Source of the DNA: an uncultured Syntrophaceae bacterium
Lineage (GTDB): Bacteria; Desulfobacterota; Syntrophia; Syntrophales; UBA8958
Reading direction: 5' to 3'
Assembly (NCBI GenBank): GCA_964492965.1
Contig: CAZBME010000010.1
Coordinates: forward strand, 11,031-75,030
DNA: 64,000 bases
Both the position numbers and the translations under genes were made by a program. Below are positions 18,114-26,361 of this stretch, one piece after another (position 1 is the first letter of the stretch; every line of letters begins with the position of its first letter). The notes under the pieces are model-generated. The model worked only from the letters and a program-made list of their open reading frames with translations, was not told the origin of the DNA and searched no databases.

Positions 18114-19895
18114 ATGGGACAAGAGGATAACAAGAACAGAGGCACGGTTGTCATCGCCAATTGCAGCGGGTTTTTTGGCGATCGTTTCAGCGCCGCCAAA
18201 GAAATGATTCAGGGAGGACCGATTGATTTCCTGACCGGCGATTATCTTGCGGAACTGACCATGGCGATTCTCTTCCGGACCAAAAGCAAGGACCCGAACG
18301 GCGGATATGTATCAACCTTTCTCAAGCAGATGGAACAGATCATGGGAGAGTGCCTTGACAGAAAAATACGCGTGGTTTCGAACGCCGGCGGCCTGAATCC
18401 GCAAGGCCTGACGGTGGAATTGGTTCGTATCGCCGAAACTCTGGGCCTCCATCCCCGGATTGCCTATATCGAGGGGGATGATCTCATGGATCGCCTGAGC
18501 GACCTTCAGGCACAAGGAGAACCCTTCCTTCATCTGGATAAGGGAACCGCCCTGAAGGATTCCCGGGCCATCACCATCTCTGCAAATGCCTATCTGGGGT
18601 GCCGGGGCATCGTGAAGGCCCTCGATGAAGGAGCCGACATCGTTATCGGCGGCCGCCTCGCCGACGCTTCCCTGGTGGTCGGTCCGGCGGCCTGGTGGTT
18701 CGGCTGGTCGTCCAATGACTGGGACAGGCTGGCAGGGGCCACGACAGCGGGTCATATCATCGAATGCGGCGCTCAGGCCACGGGCGGCAACTACTCCTTT
18801 ATCGACGAGGTTCCCAGTTTCAAAAACGTCGGTTTTCCCATAGCCGAGATTTCTGCCGACGGCTCCTTCGTCATCACCAAGCACCCGAATACGGGCGGCC
18901 TTGTCTCCGTGGACACGGTCAAGGCGCAGTTGCTCTACGAAATAAGTTCTCCCCGCTACCTGACGCCGGATGTGGCGGCCCGATTCGACACCATCAGGAT
19001 CTCTCAACAGGGCCCCGACCGGGTGCGGGTGGAGGACGTCCGGGGCGAACCGCCTACGGCCACCGCCAAGGTCTGTATCAACACCCTGGGCGGGTTTCGC
19101 AACGCCATGACCATTATTCTCACAGGGCTGGATATCGAGAAAAAGGCCCATATCCTGGAAGATACCCTCTTTGATGCCTTGGGCGGCAAAGATCAATTTC
19201 AGCAGGCCCATGTCCAACTCATCCGGTCCGACAAGGAAGACCCCGCCACCAATGAAGAAGCCTTTGCCTATCTGCGCATTACGGTAGTCGATCCCGATCC
19301 CAAGAAAGTGGCCCGGGTTTCGTCCGGGATTGTCGAGCTGGCATTGGCCAACATCCCCGGCTTTGCAGGGACCGCGCCGCCGTCCAAGGGAACGCCCGCC
19401 ATCATGTACTGGCCGGCTCTCGTGTCGAACCGGCATATCCGGCAAAAAGTGATCATCCATGGGGAAGAATTCATCATCCCGGTCCCTACGCCTGTGGAAG
19501 AATTTGTTGTGCCGGAGCCCCTATCCGTTGTCCTTCCTCCCGTTCCGTCCGGCAAAACGGTCCGGATGCCCCTGGGCCGCATCTTTGCCACCCGTTCCGG
19601 CGACAAGGGTGGGAATGCCAATCTCGGGGTGTGGGCCAAAACGCCGGAGGCCTTTGCTTTCCTGCGAACCTATTTAACCCCGGAACGCCTGCGGGACCTC
19701 CTCAAGGATATTAAAAATTATGAAATCGAGCGCTACGAACTGCCCAACCTTCTTGCCGTGAATTTTTATATCCGGGGCCTCCTGGGCGAAGGCGTCGCCT
19801 CATCGTTCAGACTGGACGGGCAAGCCAAGACCCTGGGCGAGTACCTGAGGGCCAAGATGGTGGACATGCCGGAATCGATAGGACAAGGGAAATAG
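18114..19895 (+). CDS. AtuA-like acyclic-terpene-utilisation protein (DUF1446 family), biochemical function unknown
   Basis: 593 aa with IANCSGFFGDR, FLTGDYLAELTM, GGRLADASLVVGP...GHIIECGAQATGGNYSF. The length matches full-length AtuA. Confidence 0.75.
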   Translation: MGQEDNKNRGTVVIANCSGFFGDRFSAAKEMIQGGPIDFLTGDYLAELTMAILFRTKSKDPNGGYVSTFLKQMEQIMGECLDRKIRVVSNAGGLNPQGLTVELVRIAETLGLHPRIAYIEGDDLMDRLSDLQAQGEPFLHLDKGTALKDSRAITISANAYLGCRGIVKALDEGADIVIGGRLADASLVVGPAAWWFGWSSNDWDRLAGATTAGHIIECGAQATGGNYSFIDEVPSFKNVGFPIAEISADGSFVITKHPNTGGLVSVDTVKAQLLYEISSPRYLTPDVAARFDTIRISQQGPDRVRVEDVRGEPPTATAKVCINTLGGFRNAMTIILTGLDIEKKAHILEDTLFDALGGKDQFQQAHVQLIRSDKEDPATNEEAFAYLRITVVDPDPKKVARVSSGIVELALANIPGFAGTAPPSKGTPAIMYWPALVSNRHIRQKVIIHGEEFIIPVPTPVEEFVVPEPLSVVLPPVPSGKTVRMPLGRIFATRSGDKGGNANLGVWAKTPEAFAFLRTYLTPERLRDLLKDIKNYEIERYELPNLLAVNFYIRGLLGEGVASSFRLDGQAKTLGEYLRAKMVDMPESIGQGK

Positions 19896-20029
19896 ATGGC
19901 AAGGAGACGTTCGCCGTCTTCAAAGACCCGAAGATCTTAGCATTTCGCTCCGGGCTTTCCCCGTCGAGTGTGGGTAAGGTGCTGCGCCGGGTCCTCAAAA
20001 ATGAGGGACTGACGAAGCGGAAAAGATAG
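19895..20029 (+). pseudogene. Possible relic of the C-terminus of an AMP-dependent ligase
   Basis: The frame starting at 19895 reads DGKETFAVFKDPKILAFRSGLSPSSVGKVLRRVLKNEGLTKRKR*. The pattern PK-I-F...P-S-GK-LRR-L resembles the conserved ligase C-terminal end. Confidence 0.3.
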
Positions 20030-20069
20030 GAGAGTCCGAAGTTCAAGTCGTTTATCAGGAGATGGTCCT

Positions 20070-20340
20070 ATGAACAGAAACCAGTTTTGGCGGCGGTCCT
20101 ACGACGACAACAGGGAAGACATCCCTCCCGGTCTGTTTTAACCCCCCTACACCCGGGTGATCCGGCCCTGAAAGAGGGTATTCTTGCGTTTTTAAGGGAC
20201 AAACTGGCGTCTTTCGAGATGCCGAAATGGATCGAGTTCATGAAGAAGCTGCCCCTGATGCCGGAGGGAAACTCGACAAGAAAGTCCTGCGGAGGGATGC
20301 GCCGCATCGGCTGTCGGGGAATTTTAAGGCTGAAGGATAA
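20070..20340 (+). pseudogene. Internally deleted, frameshifted acyl-CoA ligase (FadD/AtuH-like) pseudogene
   Basis: An RBS (GGAGA) and ATG 20070 give MNRNQFWRRSYDDNREDIPPGLF*, a ligase-like N-terminus. The next stretch reads HPGDPALKEGILAFLRDKLASFEMPKWIEFMKKLPLMPEG in another frame. After a shift near 20262 it reads GGKLDKKVLRRDAPHRLSGNFKAEG*. The ~480 central codons are missing. Confidence 0.6.
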
Positions 20341-20402
20341 TAATATCATTTGCTTCAGCCTTCAGCCTATTCACCTCAATAATACAAAGACAAGGAGAAA
20401 CT

Positions 20403-22205
20403 ATGGGACAGAATTTTTACAAGCGGGATGACCGGGATGTGCGGTTCGTTCTGAAAGAACATCTGGGCGTGGAACAGCTTCTCAATTTCGACGTCTATAG
20501 GGGATTTACCATGGCGGATTTTGACATGATCCTCAACCAGGCGCAAAAGATTGCCCTGAACGATCTCGCCCCGGCCTTCCAGGATGGCGATCGGGAGGGC
20601 TGCCGTTTCGATGCCGGGACAGTCCGGGTGCCCGCCTCATTCCACCGTTTATGGGATGTCTTCCGTGAAGGCGGCTGGTTTTCCCTGGCCAATAACCCGG
20701 AATACGGCGGTCAGGGCTTGCCTCTCATCATCGCCGAAGCCGCGGCGGAATTCTTCATCAGCGCCAATTTCGGGTTTTGCACCTTCTCCGGGATGGGACC
20801 GGGAAACGGCTACATGATTGAGAGCTTCGGCTCGAAAAAGTTGAAGGACCTCTTCTGTCCCAAGATGTACGACGGGACCTGGTGCGGCACCATGTGCCTG
20901 ACAGAACCCAGTGTGGGGTCCGACGCCCATATGGTGACGGCCAGAGCGATTCCCGAAGGGGAATACTACCGGATCCAGGGTACGAAGATTTTCATCACAT
21001 CAGGGGAGCATGATCTGACGGAAAACATCATCCATCTGGTCATCGCCCGGATTGAAGGGGCGCCCGCCGGGGCGAAAGGCGTTTCGCTTTTTGCCGTGCC
21101 GAAGATCTGGGTGAACGAGGACGGGTCCCTGGGAGAGCTCAACGACATGGCTTGCATCGGCATTGAGCACAAGATGGGATTGAACGCCTCTGCGACATCC
21201 GTCCTGAATTTCGGAGAGAACGGCCGCTGCCGTGGCCACCTCATCGGCGAGACGGGCATGGGACTGGCCTACATGTTCCAGATGGTGAACGGCGCGCGGA
21301 TGGCCGTAGGGCTCGAAGCGGTGGCCTTCGGGGCCAACATTTATGCGAACATCCTCGCCTATGCGAAAGAGCGGGTTCAGGGAACGCCCTTCGGCAAGGG
21401 CGGCGACCGGGTCCGGATTGTGGAGCATGCCGACATCCGCCGGATGCTCATGAATCTCAAGGCGCTCACGGAGGGTATGCGGGCCCTGGTGTACAAAGCC
21501 TATCTTGAGGAGGATCTCTCCCATAACTGTCCCGATGAGGAAAGACGCAAGAAGGCCAAGCGGCGCATGGAACTGCTGACCCCCCTGGTCAAGGCGTACT
21601 GTTCGGACCGGATCTTCGAGATGGGTCGCGACGGCATCCAGATTCTCGGAGGGTACGGCTTCACCAAGGAATACCCCGTGGAGCAATACACGAGGGATTG
21701 CAAGATCCTCTCAATCTGGGATGGAACCAACTACATTCAGTCCGCCGATCTGGTCGGTCGCAAACTGAACATGTCGGGCGGCAAGGTTTTTGTCGAGTGG
21801 GTTGAGGAGGTAACGGCCTTTGTCCGGGAACACCTCGAAGACAAGACTTTTGCTCGGGAGATGGCCCTTCTGGAAGAGGCGCTTCAGACGATCATCGGTC
21901 TGGCCGCAGACTACGGCCGCTTTTTCCAGGAGGGGAAAATAGATCTGATTCCCTTCACCTCGACACGTTTTCTTGATTCCATGGCGGAAGTGGCCATCGG
22001 CCACCTGTTCCTCGAACAGGGACTCATCGCCCAGTCGAAACTCGCTATGGGCGGCCTCGATGGGGCAGACCGGAATTTCTACGCCGGTAAGGTGGAGACG
22101 GTACGCTACTACTGCCGGAACTTCCTCCCCCAGGTCTTCGGCCGGGCACGGATCATCCGGATGGAGGATATGACGGCGATGAATATCCCCGAGGAACAAT
22201 TATAA
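20403..22205 (+). CDS. Acyl-CoA dehydrogenase, long (~600 aa) form with C-terminal extension domain
   Basis: Carries WCGTMCLTEPSVGSDA, YRIQGTKIFITSGEHD and ILGGYGFTKEYPVEQYTRDCKILSIWDGTN. Confidence 0.9.
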   Translation: MGQNFYKRDDRDVRFVLKEHLGVEQLLNFDVYRGFTMADFDMILNQAQKIALNDLAPAFQDGDREGCRFDAGTVRVPASFHRLWDVFREGGWFSLANNPEYGGQGLPLIIAEAAAEFFISANFGFCTFSGMGPGNGYMIESFGSKKLKDLFCPKMYDGTWCGTMCLTEPSVGSDAHMVTARAIPEGEYYRIQGTKIFITSGEHDLTENIIHLVIARIEGAPAGAKGVSLFAVPKIWVNEDGSLGELNDMACIGIEHKMGLNASATSVLNFGENGRCRGHLIGETGMGLAYMFQMVNGARMAVGLEAVAFGANIYANILAYAKERVQGTPFGKGGDRVRIVEHADIRRMLMNLKALTEGMRALVYKAYLEEDLSHNCPDEERRKKAKRRMELLTPLVKAYCSDRIFEMGRDGIQILGGYGFTKEYPVEQYTRDCKILSIWDGTNYIQSADLVGRKLNMSGGKVFVEWVEEVTAFVREHLEDKTFAREMALLEEALQTIIGLAADYGRFFQEGKIDLIPFTSTRFLDSMAEVAIGHLFLEQGLIAQSKLAMGGLDGADRNFYAGKVETVRYYCRNFLPQVFGRARIIRMEDMTAMNIPEEQL

Positions 22206-24226
22206 TGGATAAGGAGGTTTTAAGGATGACCGAAAAGATTTTCAGTTTGAAAAGAGCAGAGGGAAATATCGGCATTTTGACATTCAATGTCTTCGATGAA
22301 TCAATGAATACGTGGACCAAAGCGGCCATAGCCGCCTTTGGGGAAATCGTCGCGGAGTTGGAAAAATCCAAGGATCTCTCAGGCCTCATCGTCATCTCCG
22401 GAAAGCCTACCAACTTTTGCGCCGGCGCCAACCTGAAGATGGTTGAAGAGTTAAAGGATGCCGCCGAAGGCCTGGCCCTGATTCGGAGTTCCCATGACGG
22501 TTTCAACCGTCTTGCCGCCTTGCCCTATCCCGTCGTGGCGGCCATCAACGGCGTCTGCGCCGGTGGCGGCCTGGAATTGGCCCTCGTCTGCACGGGCCGG
22601 ATCGCCACGGACGCCAAGTCGAGCCTCATCGGTCTGCCCGAATGCAATGTCGGCCTCTTCCCCGGCGGCGGTGGAACCCAGCGCCTGCCGCGCCTCATCG
22701 GCTACGGGGCCATTGAACTCATTCTCAAGGGCAAACTCCTTCCGGCAGCAAAGGCCCTCGAACAGGGGATCATCGACCGGGTCATTCCGGCCGAGGCAAA
22801 CCTCCTCGCTGAGGCCAGGGCCTTCCTCCAGGAAATCGTGGCGGGCAGGGCGGACCTGAAGCGGCCGGTCCAGGATCTGTCGCAGATCGGGGCTATTGCC
22901 GCCATGGCCAGGGACGGCGTCCTTAAGACCACGAAAGGCCGGTGGATACCCGGCCCCATGCTGGCCATCAAAGCCATGGAGGAAGGGCTCATGTGTCCCC
23001 TGGCGGAAGGATTGGAGATCGAGATCAAATATTTCATGAAGACGGCCATGTCCAATGAGGCCAAAGGGAGCATCAACACCTTCTTCATCAAAACCCTGAC
23101 GGACAAGCCGCAAGGCATGATGGCGAAGGGCTTTGTGCCGAAGCCCGTCAAAAAGGCCGCCGTCCTGGGATTCGGCACCATGGGCCGGGGGATCATCATC
23201 GAAATTTTGAGGAACATGCAGATCCCTGTGATCGTCAAGGATTTCCCGGAAACCTTTGAAGCGGGCAAGGTGTTTGTGCGGAAGATTCTCGATGGGATGG
23301 CCCAGAAGAAACGTCTGAAGACTCCTGTGGAAGAGCTCATGGCCCTTCTCTCGACGACTGCCGAATACGGCCCCGAATTCAAAGAGGTGGATCTTGTGGT
23401 GGAGGCGGTCTTCGAGGACATGAAGGTGAAGGAGCAGACCTACAAAGAACTTTGTAGCGCTGTGCGTGACGATTGCATCATCGCCAGCAACACATCCTCC
23501 ATCATGATCACAACCATGTCCCGCCATGTTTCCCATCCGGAACGGTTCGGCGGCGCCCATTTCTTCTCTCCCGTCTGGATGATGCAACTTGTGGAGATCG
23601 TTCGCGGGGAGGCCACGAGTCAGCAGACCGTGGACAACCTCCTGAACTTCGCCGCTGCCATCCGGAAACGCCCCATCGTCTGTAAGGACAACCCGGGGTT
23701 TGTCGTCAATGCCCTTCTCGTTCCCTATTATATCGGGACATTAGGCTATATCGAAGCGGGCAATTCTATCGAAACGGTGGACGGGGCCATGGTGGCCTTC
23801 GGAATGCCTCTGGGGCCGATCCGCCTCATCGATGAGGTGGGCATCGATATCCCCTACAAGGCGTTTCTGGGGGCGGGGATCAGGCAGGATACATTGAGAC
23901 ATGTGGTGGAGGCGGGCCGCCTGGGCCTCAAGAAATCCGGGAAGGGATTCTTTCTGGCCGACGGCACGGTGGACCCGGAAGTTCTCCCCCTCATCGCCCG
24001 CCGCCCCCCACAGGAGGCCACGGCGGAAGAGATCCGGATGGGGTGCCTCACGGCCATGGTCCAGGTCGGCAAGGACCTTCTGGACAGGAAGGTGGTCGAT
24101 GATCCGCGCATGATCGATGTGGGCATGATTTGGGGAACAGGCTTTCCCCCCGACAAAGGCGGCCCCATGAAATGGGCGGATCTCATCGGCCTGAGCGAGA
24201 GGCTCTACGGGAAAACCTTTTACTGA
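22205..24226 (+). CDS. Bifunctional enoyl-CoA hydratase / 3-hydroxyacyl-CoA dehydrogenase (FadB/FadJ-like)
   Basis: The N-terminal part is a crotonase fold (FCAGANL, GVCAGGGLELAL). The C-terminal part is an NAD-binding dehydrogenase (AAVLGFGTMGRGI, SNTSS). An alternative start is ATG 22226 behind AAGGAGG. Confidence 0.9.
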   Translation: MDKEVLRMTEKIFSLKRAEGNIGILTFNVFDESMNTWTKAAIAAFGEIVAELEKSKDLSGLIVISGKPTNFCAGANLKMVEELKDAAEGLALIRSSHDGFNRLAALPYPVVAAINGVCAGGGLELALVCTGRIATDAKSSLIGLPECNVGLFPGGGGTQRLPRLIGYGAIELILKGKLLPAAKALEQGIIDRVIPAEANLLAEARAFLQEIVAGRADLKRPVQDLSQIGAIAAMARDGVLKTTKGRWIPGPMLAIKAMEEGLMCPLAEGLEIEIKYFMKTAMSNEAKGSINTFFIKTLTDKPQGMMAKGFVPKPVKKAAVLGFGTMGRGIIIEILRNMQIPVIVKDFPETFEAGKVFVRKILDGMAQKKRLKTPVEELMALLSTTAEYGPEFKEVDLVVEAVFEDMKVKEQTYKELCSAVRDDCIIASNTSSIMITTMSRHVSHPERFGGAHFFSPVWMMQLVEIVRGEATSQQTVDNLLNFAAAIRKRPIVCKDNPGFVVNALLVPYYIGTLGYIEAGNSIETVDGAMVAFGMPLGPIRLIDEVGIDIPYKAFLGAGIRQDTLRHVVEAGRLGLKKSGKGFFLADGTVDPEVLPLIARRPPQEATAEEIRMGCLTAMVQVGKDLLDRKVVDDPRMIDVGMIWGTGFPPDKGGPMKWADLIGLSERLYGKTFY

Positions 24227-24267
24227 TCACCGTGATTGACGGCCATCACAAAAAATCCGGAAAAGGC

Positions 24268-24303
24268 TCTCCTCTACTGTATGAGAGAGGAGATTATTAT
24301 TTG
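24268..24303 (+). terminator. Candidate intrinsic terminator after the FadB-like gene
   Basis: An 8-bp stem pairs UCUCCUCU (24268-24275) with AGAGGAGA (24286-24293). A U-rich tail UUAUUAUUU follows. Confidence 0.45.
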
Positions 24304-24368
24304 ATCAATAGGCCTTGACAGCAGCCGGCGACCTGGCGTAGTTCTTCCGTTATGTTACCTTTTATTAA

Positions 24369-26258
24369 ATGAGGATGCCTATGTTTCAGGAAAAGTGGCG
24401 ACAGCAGCACCCGGATAAATTCGCTTCGGAAGAGGCCATTTTCGACAGGATCCATCGGGGCGACACGATATTCATCGGCTCGGCCTGTGCGGAGCCGCAA
24501 TATCTCGTCCAGGGGTTGATTCGTTATGTTAAATCCCACCCGAAGGCGTTTGTCGATGCCCAGGTTCTCCATATCCGCTCCCTTGGCGTTGCCCCTTACG
24601 CAACGGAAAAGTTCAAACAGAATTTCCGCCATAACTCTTTCTTCATCGGCGACAGCACCCGTGATGCCGTAAACAGCGGTGTCGCCGACTATACCCCGAT
24701 ATTTCTATCAGAAGCGCCGGGTCTTTTCCGCCGTGGCCTCGCCCGTATCGATGTGGCGCTTATTCAGGCAACCTTGCCCGATGAGCATGGGTATATGAGC
24801 CTGGGTATCAGCGTGGATGTCGTCAAGGCGGCGGTGCAGCACGCGGATGTTGTTGCCGTTCAGGTCAACCGGTTTATGCCCCGCGTCCTTGGGGACGCTT
24901 TCATTCATATTGACGATGTCGATTATATTGTCCCTCATGATGAAGAGCTTCTCGAGTACAGCCCGGAAGCCGACAGCGACATTGCCAGGCGGATCGGCCA
25001 ATACGTGGCGCGGCTGATTGAAGACGGCGACACCCTGCAGGTCGGCTATGGCCGCATCCCCAACGCCGTTTTGTCCAATCTCTCCGGCAAGAAACATCTG
25101 GGTATCCATACGGAACTCATCAGCGACGGAATCGTGGAGCTCATGAAAAAGGGTGTCATTGACAATTCCAGAAAGACCCTGAATCCAGGCAAGACGGTCA
25201 CCACCTTCTGTATGGGCCGCAAATCGACCTATGACTACCTCCATGACAATCCGGCCTTTGAATTCCGGACGATCGACTATACCAACAATCCCCTGAATAT
25301 TGCCCGCCAGGACCGGATGGTCGCCATCAACAGCGCCATGGAAATCGATTTGACGGGACAGTCCACGGCGGAATCCATCGGTACGATCTTCCACAGCGGC
25401 GTCGGTGGACAGGCCGACTTCATGCGCGGCGCCGTCTTCGCCCGGGGAGGCAAGTCCATTTTGGCCCTGCAGTCTACCGCCGCCAGCGATGTGGTTTCGC
25501 GGATCGTCCCGTCGCTCCGTGAGGGAGCGGGTGTCACCCTGACCCGTGGGGATATTCATTATGTCGTTACGGAATACGGGATTGCCTATCTCCATGGGAA
25601 AAGCATTCGGGAGCGGGCCATGGAGCTGATTGCCATTGCCCACCCCAAATTCCGTTCAGGACTCATCGAAGAGGCTAAAAAGCGCGGTCTGATTTACAAA
25701 GATCAGGCTTTTATTGCCGGTGAACGCGGGGAGTATCCCGAACATCTCGAATCTTACCGGACAACCTCCAAGGGATTCAACATTCTGTTCCGCCCCATCA
25801 AGATCAGTGATGAACCGAGGTTGAAGGATTTCATTTATTCCCTGTCCGATCAGAGCCTTTACCGCCGCTTTATGTCCGTCCGGAAAGATGTGCCCCACGA
25901 GGTCCTGCAGAAGCTGGTTGTCATTGATTACACGGTGGAGATGGCCATTCTCGCCGTCGTTCCCCGCGGAGAGGAAGAGGAGATTGTCGGCGTCGGCCGA
26001 TATTATATGGATGATTCAAAGCATTCGGCCGAGGTGGCCTTTGCCGTGAAAGACACCTACCATAATAACGGTATCGGCTCGGAACTCCTGGCCTATCTGA
26101 CCTATCTCGCCAAACGACAGGGCTTGCTTGGCTTTACCGCCGAAGTCCTTTCGGACAATCAGCCCATGATGCGCGTTTTCGAAAAAGGCGGCTTCGACCT
26201 GGAGAAACACAGTTACGCCGGACTCTGGGAATTGAAGATGATCTTCCGGGAGGAATGA
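24369..26258 (+). CDS. Acetyl-CoA hydrolase/CoA-transferase family domain fused to a C-terminal GNAT acyltransferase domain
   Basis: The N-terminal ~440 aa resemble 4-hydroxybutyrate/acetyl-CoA transferases (IFIGSACAEPQ, LHIRSLG, HTELISDG, GQADFMRGA). The C-terminal ~170 aa form a GNAT domain (FRPIKISDEPRLKDF...NNGIGSELLAYLTYLAKRQG). An alternative start is ATG 24381. Confidence 0.8.
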   Translation: MRMPMFQEKWRQQHPDKFASEEAIFDRIHRGDTIFIGSACAEPQYLVQGLIRYVKSHPKAFVDAQVLHIRSLGVAPYATEKFKQNFRHNSFFIGDSTRDAVNSGVADYTPIFLSEAPGLFRRGLARIDVALIQATLPDEHGYMSLGISVDVVKAAVQHADVVAVQVNRFMPRVLGDAFIHIDDVDYIVPHDEELLEYSPEADSDIARRIGQYVARLIEDGDTLQVGYGRIPNAVLSNLSGKKHLGIHTELISDGIVELMKKGVIDNSRKTLNPGKTVTTFCMGRKSTYDYLHDNPAFEFRTIDYTNNPLNIARQDRMVAINSAMEIDLTGQSTAESIGTIFHSGVGGQADFMRGAVFARGGKSILALQSTAASDVVSRIVPSLREGAGVTLTRGDIHYVVTEYGIAYLHGKSIRERAMELIAIAHPKFRSGLIEEAKKRGLIYKDQAFIAGERGEYPEHLESYRTTSKGFNILFRPIKISDEPRLKDFIYSLSDQSLYRRFMSVRKDVPHEVLQKLVVIDYTVEMAILAVVPRGEEEEIVGVGRYYMDDSKHSAEVAFAVKDTYHNNGIGSELLAYLTYLAKRQGLLGFTAEVLSDNQPMMRVFEKGGFDLEKHSYAGLWELKMIFREE

Positions 26259-26361
26259 AAATATCAATGTAGTGCAGGGCTACAGACCTGCTCGCTCAAG
26301 CAGCCCTGAAGGTCTGGGCTACACAAGAATGTCTATTTTGGGTAGTAAAGTGCTATCTTCT

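Noticed and set aside
17085-18122. A long minus-strand ORF of 345 aa. Similar cases lie at 18312-19460, 21000-21686, 22451-23587, 24708-25643, 41548-42870, 44126-45388, 51894-52961, 54556-55254, 56189-57490 and 59604-60398.
   Set aside because: All lie antisense to genes with strong family motifs. They have Gly/Arg/Pro/His-rich low-information translations typical of open antisense frames in G+C-rich coding DNA, and they lack RBSs.
20326-20365. A GGCTGAAG-N17-CTTCAGCC inverted repeat with a CTTCAGC duplication just after the ligase relic.
   Set aside because: The stem is short, the loop is large and no U-tract follows. It is probably debris of the same deletion event rather than a functional element.
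26259-26361. Interleaved inverted repeats (CAGGGCT..CAGACCT..AGCCCTG..AGGTCTG) between the convergent CoA-transferase-GNAT and cca genes.
   Set aside because: The arms are only 7 nt and are arranged A-B-A'-B', which is pseudoknot-like. There is no U-tract and no second copy in the window, so they cannot be distinguished from chance in a 100-nt G+C-rich spacer.
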